The translations under genes were made by a program, and so were the position numbers. A DNA stretch of 64,000 nucleotides from Candidatus Woesebacteria bacterium (GTDB taxonomy: Bacteria; Patescibacteriota; Microgenomatia; UBA8517): positions 410,906 to 474,905 of the forward strand of contig CP066686.1 in NCBI GenBank assembly GCA_016432365.1. The letters are read 5' to 3'. The notes below the pieces were generated by a model. That model was given only the letters and a program-made list of their open reading frames with translations. It had not been told where the DNA came from and made no database searches. Shown one piece after another: positions 26,598 to 35,098 of this stretch; within the stretch, counting starts at the first letter, position 1; each line of letters opens with the position of its first letter.

Positions 26598-27090
26598 AGC
26601 GTGTACCACTAAGAATCATCCAAGGTGGGACTACTAAAAGAATGGTGACGAGAATAGAAGCACATATTGACGCTATCTTTTGGCTTTTGCTGGAATTTAG
26701 TACGAGGTTGATCTCACCAAGAGTATTTTCAGCCTGGATGTCGACAGTGCCCTTGGAAGTGACTTTCAATAAACCCTGTACTCTGGTGTGCCCGTGAGCA
26801 ATGTGTGTAAAACGGTTGAAAGCTTTTGACTCTATCTTTAGATCTCCAGTTTCGAGGACAAACTCTTTTTCCGAGCTAGCCGAAATTCTGATGACACTAA
26901 AGGGTTCAAATTTCAAAAAAGCATTTTGATTTTCGGAAAGTGTAAACGTTAGCGGGTTACCATGTTGTCTTGTTGGGACAAAGCCCGGAATCAAAAACAT
27001 GGCAAGCAATATCAAGTACAGAGTTCCTACGAACAACCACATAAACGGCGGGTTGGCAATTAAAAAGTCTACGAACTTTAAAATGTCCAT
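26596..27090 (-). CDS. Hypothetical membrane protein (TM - beta domain - TM)
   Basis: TAAGGAG SD; TTGACT-N17-TACAAT promoter and GCACATTCAA boxA-like motif upstream. Confidence 0.75.
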   Translation of the reverse strand: MDILKFVDFLIANPPFMWLFVGTLYLILLAMFLIPGFVPTRQHGNPLTFTLSENQNAFLKFEPFSVIRISASSEKEFVLETGDLKIESKAFNRFTHIAHGHTRVQGLLKVTSKGTVDIQAENTLGEINLVLNSSKSQKIASICASILVTILLVVPPWMILSGTR

Positions 27091-27201
27091 CTTATCTCCT
27101 TATTATTTTGAATGTGCACAAGCAGGGAAATTGTAGATTTGAATACAGTTAAAGTCAAATAATCATTGTTGTGGTCTTGCCAGGTGTGGTATATTAAGTT
27201 G

Positions 27202-27630
27202 ATGGAAAATCAGACTCAACCAGCTGTAAAAATTCCTAAAATGTCAAAGACTTGGCCACTCATCGTTGGGGCTTTCTTGGTGGTAATAGCTGGAGTGGGA
27301 GTTGCCTGGCTTCTTTTTTCTAAAGTTATTAACAAAGGACCTTCATCCGTTGCCGCTCCCGGGTCAAAAGTTACTGCTACGGAAGCAGGAAGGTTAGACC
27401 CCAAAATTCAGTATCACGACGCGATTGGAACAATTGTGGCAGGTGGAATTGGGAATGAAGGAACTCATCATCTTCAACGTGATGGTGGGGTAAGTCAAAC
27501 TGTATACCTTACCTCTAGCGTAATCGATTTGGAAAGCTTTGTCGGTAAAAAGGTCCGCATTTGGGGTGAGACATTGGCCTCCAAAAAAGCCGGTTGGTTA
27601 ATGGATGTTGCCAAAATTCAGGTTCAGTAA
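27202..27630 (+). CDS. Membrane-anchored hypothetical protein (possible OB-like fold)
   Basis: TM helix plus EGTHHL...YLTSSVIDL...WLMDV; ATG after TATATT. Confidence 0.75.
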   Translation: MENQTQPAVKIPKMSKTWPLIVGAFLVVIAGVGVAWLLFSKVINKGPSSVAAPGSKVTATEAGRLDPKIQYHDAIGTIVAGGIGNEGTHHLQRDGGVSQTVYLTSSVIDLESFVGKKVRIWGETLASKKAGWLMDVAKIQVQ

Positions 27631-27681
27631 GTCCCCTTGGGTCTGGTAATTTTCCTTTTCACTTGCTAAATTGTAGTTGCC

Positions 27682-28332
27682 GTGATCAACTTCAAAAATG
27701 TCACAAAAAAGTTTGGATCCGTCGTTGCTGTTACCGATGTTTCATTCGAGGTTAAAAAAGGGGAGTTTGTTTTTATAACAGGTCCTTCAGGGGCAGGTAA
27801 AAGCACAATTTTAAAATTAATTCTGGGGGAGCTTACGCCGGATAGTGGAACTGTTACTGTTGATGGAATTGATCTCAAAAATTTAAAGTCTAAAGATGTG
27901 CCGTTTTTTCGCCAGAAGATTGGTACTGTATTTCAGGACTTTAAAGTTCTACCCGAACGCACAGTTGGTGAAAATGTAGAAGTTGCCTTGGCTGTTATCG
28001 GGCTTCCCGAGAATGAATGGAAAGAGCGAATCAATCATGTTCTTAAACTCGTCGGTCTTACCAAACAAATAAATCTTTTTCCTTCCCAGCTTTCCGGAGG
28101 CGAACTTCAAAGGGTTTCACTTGCCCGTGCCTTGGTTGTAAACCCCAAACTGCTTTTAGCAGACGAACCTACAGGGAATCTTGATTGGGAGACATCCGAA
28201 GGGGTAGTTAAGTTATTTGAAAAAATAAATGAGGAAGGAAAGACTGTCATAATGGCCACACACAATATGGATATAATTAAAAAATTTAAAAAGAGAATAA
28301 TAAATATCGTTGGTGGTAAAATAGAAAGATAG
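27682..28332 (+). CDS. ftsE: Cell division ATP-binding protein FtsE
   Basis: GPSGAGKST, VFQDFK, LSGGE, ADEPTGNLD, MATH; upstream of ftsX. Confidence 0.93.
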   Translation: MINFKNVTKKFGSVVAVTDVSFEVKKGEFVFITGPSGAGKSTILKLILGELTPDSGTVTVDGIDLKNLKSKDVPFFRQKIGTVFQDFKVLPERTVGENVEVALAVIGLPENEWKERINHVLKLVGLTKQINLFPSQLSGGELQRVSLARALVVNPKLLLADEPTGNLDWETSEGVVKLFEKINEEGKTVIMATHNMDIIKKFKKRIINIVGGKIER

Positions 28333-28451
28333 GTCAAAAGGTAAAAGTTAAAAGGCAAAAGTGCAATTCAAAAATGAAAAGTTTGAGAAATTGTTTTGAG
28401 TTTTGAATTTTGATTTGTATTTTTTGACTTTTGAATTTAAATTTTTAAATT
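28333..28451 (+). repeat. Heptamer-periodic A-rich/T-rich inverted repeat (long hairpin)
   Basis: TCAAAAG GTAAAAG TTAAAAG GCAAAAG ... TTTTGAG TTTTGAA TTTTGAT ... TTTTGAC TTTTGAA. Confidence 0.7.
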
Positions 28452-29369
28452 ATGTCTAATATTCATTTCCGTACAGCATTCGGTTATATAAGAAGGTCTC
28501 CTTTTCAGGCGTTTGCTGCCACGTTTGTTCTGACTTTAACTTTTTTTGTTGCAACACTTGTCGCAACTTTGGTCTATAGCTCCTCAAAATTAATTACTTA
28601 TTTTGAAACACGACCACAGGTAATTGCTTTTTTGAAAGACGATACAAGTCAAACAGATATTGCCGAATTGCAACATAAACTTGAGGCAGATTCCCGAGTA
28701 AAGGAAGTTAAATATGTCAGCAAAGAGGAAGCTCTTTCCATTTACAAAAACGCGACAAGCGATAATCCGCTTCTTGGGGAACTTGTAAGTCCCTCAATTT
28801 TTCCTGCATCTCTCGAGTTTTCAGTCAAAGACCTTTCCTTTGCTCAGGCAATCATTGACCAGGTAAAAAGTGAAAAAATAGTGGACTCGGTAGGTTTTAC
28901 CGCGGCCATAGGTGGCGAATCGAGTCTTAAAGATGTCGTTTCAAGATTAAGAACGATAACAACCTACGTAAGAATAGGTGGAATCGCATTTGTTGGAATT
29001 CTTGGTGCCGCGTCCTTTGTTGTCCTTCTGATTATAATCAGCATGAGAATGGCAGTACGTAAAGAAGAAGTGGAAATTTTGGATTTGATTGGTGCCACCC
29101 CAGCATTTATCAGAAGTCCGATTATTGTCGAAGCCCTTTTCTATTCATTGTTTGGCGCATTTTTAGGTTGGCTCATTTCCTTTATCGTGATTCTTTATTC
29201 TGCCCCTTCCGCGGTAACCTATTTTGGGGAAATTCCTGTTCTTCCCAAAGACACTCTGGGACTTTTTGAACTTTTTGGAATATTTTTGGCAATTGAATTA
29301 ATTGCAGGTTTAATACTGGCACTGAGCGGAAGTTTGTTCGCGATTTCTAGAGCCAGGAAATCAAGATAA
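28452..29369 (+). CDS. ftsX: Cell division permease FtsX
   Basis: 1+3 TM topology; YVSKEEAL, EVEILDLIGAT.AFIRSP. Confidence 0.92.
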   Translation: MSNIHFRTAFGYIRRSPFQAFAATFVLTLTFFVATLVATLVYSSSKLITYFETRPQVIAFLKDDTSQTDIAELQHKLEADSRVKEVKYVSKEEALSIYKNATSDNPLLGELVSPSIFPASLEFSVKDLSFAQAIIDQVKSEKIVDSVGFTAAIGGESSLKDVVSRLRTITTYVRIGGIAFVGILGAASFVVLLIIISMRMAVRKEEVEILDLIGATPAFIRSPIIVEALFYSLFGAFLGWLISFIVILYSAPSAVTYFGEIPVLPKDTLGLFELFGIFLAIELIAGLILALSGSLFAISRARKSR

Positions 29370-30562
29370 TGAGAAATGCAAAAAATTTTTTGGTTTTCGC
29401 AACAATCCTCCTAGCATTAGTTTTGATAGGTAGGTTCACTTCTGTTTTGGCCGACGATTGTGACAATATTCCTTCAACACCGGATAGAATTGATGAAAAA
29501 ATTAAGTGTTTGGAGTCCGTAGTTCTTCAAAAGAAAACACAGGCAAGTACGCTCAAAAATCAAATTGCTCAATTTGATGCGCAAATAAGGCTAACAACTT
29601 TAAAAATCGCTGACACGGAAGCCAAAATTCTTCTTTTGGGTGGCAGGATCGATCAATTGGAAGTTTCGCTTGATAGCCTGACTAAAGCTTTCAGCTCTAG
29701 GGCAGTTGAAACTTATCGTTTGTCGCGGTTCGAAACCAATTTTACTTTTGTTTTAACAGCCCCCGACATCAACGATGCAGTTTCAAGATTTCATTATCTA
29801 AAACGTATTCAAGAAGAAGACAGAAGTCTCCTAGAAAGGCTTCAGACTGCCCAAACTACGTATCAAAATCAGAAACAGGATCAGGAAGAATTACAGACCC
29901 AGCTTACAAAACAGAAAGCAAATTTAGGTGCTCAAAAAATAGCTAAGGCGAATCTTTTGACTGCTACCAAAAATGATGAGACTAAATATCAATCTCTGCT
30001 TTCACAAGCAAAGGCCCAGCTTGCAGCCTTCAGAAATTTTGTGGCTGCCCAGGGTGGAGCGTCGATTTTAACAGGACAAACGAAATGTGATTCTTGGGGT
30101 TGTTATTACAATCAAAGGGATAGCGAATGGGGGAATATTGGAATGGGCGGATCTTCTTATTCAATGGCCGGATACGGATGTTTGGTTACATCTGTTTCCA
30201 TGGTTGCCAGTCATTTCGGAAAAAACATCAAGCCCGGGGATATTGCGGTAATACCTAGCGCATTTGTACCCGGAACCGGTTATCTTTATTCTAATTTTTC
30301 GGTTAACGGAATAAATGTTACGGTTTCAAAAAATTCCAAGGACATTATAGATTCAGAGCTTGCCGCGGGACGGCCAGTAATCGCAGGACTTTTTTCCGGA
30401 CCCGATCATTTTATAGTTATTACCCGTAAAGATGGCGATAAATATATAATGCGGGATCCTTTCTTAGAAAACGGAGCGGGGGGCGATGGAAGCGGTAGAC
30501 CCCTAACCGATAAATATAGTTTTTCTGATATAACAAGTCTTCGTTTGGTTAGCTTCAACTAA
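29369..30562 (+). CDS. Secreted coiled-coil protein with C39-like peptidase domain (FtsEX-associated hydrolase)
   Basis: Signal peptide, long coiled coil, YYNQRD..W, GCLVTSVSM (Cys), HFIVI (His), MRDP (Asp). Confidence 0.8.
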   Translation: MRNAKNFLVFATILLALVLIGRFTSVLADDCDNIPSTPDRIDEKIKCLESVVLQKKTQASTLKNQIAQFDAQIRLTTLKIADTEAKILLLGGRIDQLEVSLDSLTKAFSSRAVETYRLSRFETNFTFVLTAPDINDAVSRFHYLKRIQEEDRSLLERLQTAQTTYQNQKQDQEELQTQLTKQKANLGAQKIAKANLLTATKNDETKYQSLLSQAKAQLAAFRNFVAAQGGASILTGQTKCDSWGCYYNQRDSEWGNIGMGGSSYSMAGYGCLVTSVSMVASHFGKNIKPGDIAVIPSAFVPGTGYLYSNFSVNGINVTVSKNSKDIIDSELAAGRPVIAGLFSGPDHFIVITRKDGDKYIMRDPFLENGAGGDGSGRPLTDKYSFSDITSLRLVSFN

Positions 30563-30595
30563 TTAAAGGTTGTATGATTAATCAGTTTGCAATAT

Positions 30596-31411
30596 ATGAA
30601 ACCCTGCATCAAAGTGGTTTTGTTATTTATAGCGATCGCATTTATTTTTCCTTCAAGAGTTAGTGCCTGGTCGATTGCGATTTCAGATTTACCGACAGCG
30701 ATGGATCAGTCAAATGAAACTGAGGTAAATGTTTTTTTGAATTGTAGCGGGTGCGGTGATTCGTACATGCGCGGGGTATTTTATCCAAGCGGAACTAATT
30801 ATTTCGGTCTTACTCAAAACAACCTGGGGGAATGGATAGGATCGGATAATGATAGGTCCAAATATTTTAAAATTGCCAAAACGGACCTTATTGAGGCAAG
30901 TTGGAGCGGCAAAATTCGTGTTAAACTCGATCTATCAGACCCAGGATACATTGGACCTGGAGAATATTTATTCAAAATCGGGAGATATACTTCGGCCGGG
31001 GACGCCGGCGCCGATTGGTCGAATGAACTTTCAATAAAGATTACTGGCCCAACTCCGACACCTACTCCGTCACCAACTCCTGCCCCAACTCCTACACCGA
31101 CCCCCACACCGTCGCCTTCAAAAACTCCGACCCCCGTTCCCGTCCCTACGAAGACCCCCACACCAAGGTCAATTCCAACATCAACCCCGGAAATTCTAGG
31201 TGCAGAAACGATCGTCTCAACTCAGGCAACAATTATTACTGACCAGGAGGCGGAACTTTCCACCACTTCCCCTGCCTCAAGTCAAAAAGAGGTCGCTGAT
31301 CAGAAAAAGTTTCCATTTGTTGCGGTAGTGTTTGTGGCGGTGGGATTTTTACTTATCGGCTTTTCGGGGTACCTGGCATTTAGAAAAACCAAACTGCCCT
31401 CAGACCTTTAA
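30596..31411 (+). CDS. Surface protein with Pro/Thr linker and C-terminal TM anchor
   Basis: Signal peptide, (PT)n tract at ~31047-31190, C-terminal TM plus basic tail. Confidence 0.8.
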   Translation: MKPCIKVVLLFIAIAFIFPSRVSAWSIAISDLPTAMDQSNETEVNVFLNCSGCGDSYMRGVFYPSGTNYFGLTQNNLGEWIGSDNDRSKYFKIAKTDLIEASWSGKIRVKLDLSDPGYIGPGEYLFKIGRYTSAGDAGADWSNELSIKITGPTPTPTPSPTPAPTPTPTPTPSPSKTPTPVPVPTKTPTPRSIPTSTPEILGAETIVSTQATIITDQEAELSTTSPASSQKEVADQKKFPFVAVVFVAVGFLLIGFSGYLAFRKTKLPSDL

Positions 31412-31429
31412 TATTGGTATACTATTTAG

Positions 31430-31852
31430 GTGAATAGGAAAATTTTGAAACAATTTGATCTTTGGTTCCCGGTAGTAGTATGGGCTTATCTGATATTTAA
31501 TTTTTCTTCAGGGAGGGTGCCTGTAGCCTCAACAGTTTTTTGGCAGGACTTTGCTGTAAAAAAAACCGGCCACATGCTTCTTTTTGGAGCCTTGGCGATG
31601 TTGATTTATCGGGGTCTTCTCGGAGAAAATATTCCCAAAAAGAAAGCTGCTATTTGGGCCGTAATATTGGCCTTTTTTTATGGTGCTTCTGATGAATTTC
31701 ACCAGATGTTTACTCAGGGGCGCGAAGCGCGTGTGCGGGATGTCGCATTCGATACGTTGGGAGCCAGCCTTGTTATTTTTCTTACGTATAGATTTTTACA
31801 AAAGTTACCTAAGAAGGTACAATTCGTTTTGAAAGATATTGGTTTTGAATAA
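31430..31852 (+). CDS. VanZ family membrane protein
   Basis: KKTGH, YGASDEFHQMFTQGR...RDVAFD. Confidence 0.88.
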   Translation: MNRKILKQFDLWFPVVVWAYLIFNFSSGRVPVASTVFWQDFAVKKTGHMLLFGALAMLIYRGLLGENIPKKKAAIWAVILAFFYGASDEFHQMFTQGREARVRDVAFDTLGASLVIFLTYRFLQKLPKKVQFVLKDIGFE

Positions 31853-31853
31853 A

Positions 31854-32846
31854 ATGAAAAAAATACTTGTAACAGGCGGAGCTGGTTATATTGGGAGCTT
31901 CATGGTCAGGGAACTCCAATTGACAGGGTTCGACCCTGTCATTCTCGATGATCTTTCTCAGGGGCATAGAGAATCGGTTAGTGGTTTCAGATTGGAGGAA
32001 ATCGATCTTGTTACCCAAAAAGATAAACTCGATGCTCTTTTCTCACAGGAAAAATTTGACGGGGTTGTTCACATGGCCAGTTTTATCCAAATGGGGGAAT
32101 CTTTTAAAGACCCTGCCAAATACTATCGTAACAACGTCGGAGGTTTTATCAATTTGCTTGATTCAATGAAGGCAAATAATGTTAAAAATATAATTCTATC
32201 TTCCAGTGCCGGGGTTTATGGCAATCCTGTTAAGGTTCCCATCCTTGAAGACGATCCAAAAAATCCACTTAACCCCTATGGTGAAACTAAGTACATGATG
32301 GAACGAATGCTTGAGGATTATGACACTGCCTATGGAGTTAAATTTATTAGTTTTAGATATTTTAACGCGGCTGGGGCGGCACAGGATGGAAGCATAGGAG
32401 AGGCACATCCGGACGAGAGCCACTTAATTCCGAATGTTATTAAATCGGTTTTGTCTGGTGGCGAGTTTACACTTTTTGGTGACGACTATGATACACCTGA
32501 CGGCACCTGTGTCCGCGATTATGTCCACGTCTTAGATCTCGTAGTTGCGCACTCGTTAGGTATAGAAAAATTAATTTCCGGGTCAAACAGTGCCTTTTAC
32601 AACGTGGGTATAAATAGGGGATATTCTAATAAAGAAGTAATAAATATGGTGGAATCGGTATCTGGTCAAAAGGTAAATGTTAAAATTGCCTCAAAAAGAG
32701 AAGGTGATGCAGATGCTCTTTTTGCATCAAATGAAAAAATTAAGAAAGAATTAAATTGGGAACCAAAATACGGTCTCAAAGAAATAGTTGAGTCTGCGTA
32801 TCTTTGGCACAAAAATAACCCTCAGGGATACAATAGTGATCGTTGA
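31854..32846 (+). CDS. galE: UDP-glucose 4-epimerase
   Basis: TGGAGYIGS, YGETK, RYFNAAGA, TPDGTCVRDYVHVLDL. Confidence 0.95.
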   Translation: MKKILVTGGAGYIGSFMVRELQLTGFDPVILDDLSQGHRESVSGFRLEEIDLVTQKDKLDALFSQEKFDGVVHMASFIQMGESFKDPAKYYRNNVGGFINLLDSMKANNVKNIILSSSAGVYGNPVKVPILEDDPKNPLNPYGETKYMMERMLEDYDTAYGVKFISFRYFNAAGAAQDGSIGEAHPDESHLIPNVIKSVLSGGEFTLFGDDYDTPDGTCVRDYVHVLDLVVAHSLGIEKLISGSNSAFYNVGINRGYSNKEVINMVESVSGQKVNVKIASKREGDADALFASNEKIKKELNWEPKYGLKEIVESAYLWHKNNPQGYNSDR

Positions 32847-32877
32847 TTCAGTGGCTCCTAAGGGCTAATATGGATTA

Positions 32878-33813
32878 ATGAAACTGCTTAAATTTCTTCG
32901 GCATCTATTTATTCCTCATGAATCCAACAATCAAAAGGGTAGGATTCTACATCCATCAAGCCTCTCTTTAATTGCAGTTTTTTTAATTGCATTTCAGGTG
33001 CTTCTCAGTGTTTTTCCCAGGAGTCTTCCACGTGTTTTGGGTTATGCTGCCAATATTTCTCCGGCCGAAGTAATCCGTTTGACCAACGCTCAAAGAGCGG
33101 CAAGTGGTCTTTCTCCTGTTTCGGAAAACTCGAAGCTTGATTCGGCGGCTTTGGCCAAAGGTAATGACATGTTGGCGAAAGGATACTGGGCCCACTTTGC
33201 GCCGGACGGGACGTCCCCTTGGAGTTTCTTTATGAACTTTGGTTATAAATACCAATATGCAGGGGAAAATTTGGCCCGCGATTTTAGTAATGCCAATGAC
33301 GCTGTTAATGCTTGGATGAATTCTCCGTCTCATAGAGAAAATATTCTAAACTCCAAATACAAAGAGATTGGTATTGGTGTTGTTGAGGGTAACTTAGCGG
33401 GAGTTAACACAACAATTATTGTTCAATTTTTTGGAACTCCGCTGGGTGGGGCTCCGGTGGTTTCAGATGTTCAGGCTCGGGAACCTGCAAAAACAACTAT
33501 TCCTAAGCCCTCAGCCGCTCCAGCTTTGACCACTGCTAAACCCGAGCTTGTTCCCGTTATAACAATTACTCCGACCCCGTCCCCAGTGCCTTCACCGCAA
33601 GCAGTTTCGGTTAAATTTGTTTCACCTTTTAGTTCAACTAAAAATCTTTCATTAGCGGTACTCGGATTACTTCTTATGGCCCTTTCGATCGATATAATAG
33701 TTGTCAGAAGAAAGAGAATTGCCAGGATAGGAGGTAGAACACTTGCCCACATTGCTTTTCTTGGAATGATTCTAGCGGTTATACTGATACTTAAGGCAGG
33801 ACAGATAATATAA
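32878..33813 (+). CDS. CAP/SCP domain membrane protein
   Basis: YWAH, AGENLA, WMNSPSHRENIL, EIGIG; P/T linker and TMs. Confidence 0.9.
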   Translation: MKLLKFLRHLFIPHESNNQKGRILHPSSLSLIAVFLIAFQVLLSVFPRSLPRVLGYAANISPAEVIRLTNAQRAASGLSPVSENSKLDSAALAKGNDMLAKGYWAHFAPDGTSPWSFFMNFGYKYQYAGENLARDFSNANDAVNAWMNSPSHRENILNSKYKEIGIGVVEGNLAGVNTTIIVQFFGTPLGGAPVVSDVQAREPAKTTIPKPSAAPALTTAKPELVPVITITPTPSPVPSPQAVSVKFVSPFSSTKNLSLAVLGLLLMALSIDIIVVRRKRIARIGGRTLAHIAFLGMILAVILILKAGQII

Positions 33814-33821
33814 TAATTATT

Positions 33822-34079
33822 ATGAAATCTTTTGTAAGGGACCTACCACATTACATGCTTCTAATAGGTATTCTTTTTGCTGGTTTTGCCGGCCTTATAC
33901 TTTTTTCTTACGACAGCAACTTCCAAATTGCAGTGGCGTTAGCTACCGGAATTTCATATGTCTCATGGGGGTTAATTCATCATCATATTCACAGGGACTT
34001 ACATTTCGAGGTTTTTATGGAATATCTGGCTGTGGCTATTTTGGGAACGGTGATTCTTTTTTCCTTGATTTTACAATAG
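33822..34079 (+). CDS. Small 3-TM membrane protein
   Basis: Hydrophobic ORF with WGLIHH...EY. Confidence 0.75.
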   Translation: MKSFVRDLPHYMLLIGILFAGFAGLILFSYDSNFQIAVALATGISYVSWGLIHHHIHRDLHFEVFMEYLAVAILGTVILFSLILQ

Positions 34080-34105
34080 CGCAACCTGTATACTTTCAGC
34101 TACAA

Positions 34106-34996
34106 ATGAATAAAGTTCGAAAAGCAGTTATTCCCGCCGCCGGCTTCGGAACCCGTTTTCTACCTCAAACCAAGGCCATGCCTAAAGAAATGCTTCCGAT
34201 TGTGGACAAACCGGTTATTCAATATGTTGTCGAGGAGTTGGTTGAGGCTGGAATTCAGGATATTTTTATAGTGACGGGTTATCACAAGCGGGGGATTGAA
34301 GACCATTTTGATTCTCCAAATCTTGACCTTATCGAAAATCTTAAGATGGGTGGGGAAAAGAAACGCCATTTACTTAAGGAGGTTGAAAAAATCTCAAATA
34401 TGGCCAACTTTGTCTATGTCAGACAAAAAGGTCCATACGGAAACGGTACCCCACTTCTTAATGTAAAGCATCTTATAGGGGACGAGCCCTTTATCTACAC
34501 TTGGAGTGATGATTTTATTAAAGCTGAGCCCAATAGGTTTAAACAGCTGATAAGTGCTTACAATAAATATGGAGCTAGCTGCCTTGCAAGTCTGAGGGCC
34601 AAAAAGGACGAGGATTATGATAGATATGGCAATTCGGGTGGGAGTTTTGTTGAAGACGGCATAATGGATGTCGATAAAATCGTAGAAAAGCCAGGTAGAG
34701 ACAAAGCCGTTTCAGATCTAATGAATGTTTCTGGATACCTTTTTACTCCCGACATTTTTGACTACTTAGATACAGCTCTTAAAAACCTAAAAGACGGAAA
34801 CGAGCTTTATTACAACGATGCGCTTAAATTGATGTTGGAGGATGGTAAAAAAGTTTTAGCTGTCGAAATTAAGAACGGTAAATATTACGATACTGGTAAC
34901 AAAATGGAATATCTTAAAACCGTCGTTGAGTTCGCCCTTGACCGTTCGGACATAAACGGTGAATTTAAGGAGTATCTCAAATCACTCAAAATTTAG
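34106..34996 (+). CDS. galU: UTP--glucose-1-phosphate uridylyltransferase (GalU-type)
   Basis: KAVIPAAGFGTRFLPQTKAMPKEMLPIVDKP, VEKP, YDTGN. Confidence 0.9.
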   Translation: MNKVRKAVIPAAGFGTRFLPQTKAMPKEMLPIVDKPVIQYVVEELVEAGIQDIFIVTGYHKRGIEDHFDSPNLDLIENLKMGGEKKRHLLKEVEKISNMANFVYVRQKGPYGNGTPLLNVKHLIGDEPFIYTWSDDFIKAEPNRFKQLISAYNKYGASCLASLRAKKDEDYDRYGNSGGSFVEDGIMDVDKIVEKPGRDKAVSDLMNVSGYLFTPDIFDYLDTALKNLKDGNELYYNDALKLMLEDGKKVLAVEIKNGKYYDTGNKMEYLKTVVEFALDRSDINGEFKEYLKSLKI

Positions 34997-35057
34997 CCTC
35001 GAGTCGAACCTAACCCCATAAGGCATCCTTATATGACACTCCGTGTCCTATAATAAT

Positions 35058-35085
35058 TGACTTTCTGGACTGTGTAGTGTATAAT
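35058..35085 (+). promoter_or_regulatory. sigma70 promoter of the rfb operon (TTGACT...TATAAT)
   Basis: TTGACTttctggactgtgtagtgTATAAT. Confidence 0.75.
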
Positions 35086-35098
35086 GGCGGTTTCGGCT

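Noticed and set aside
31047-31190. Repetitive CCnACn tract
   Set aside because: Degenerate codons for a Pro/Thr protein linker, not a DNA repeat element.
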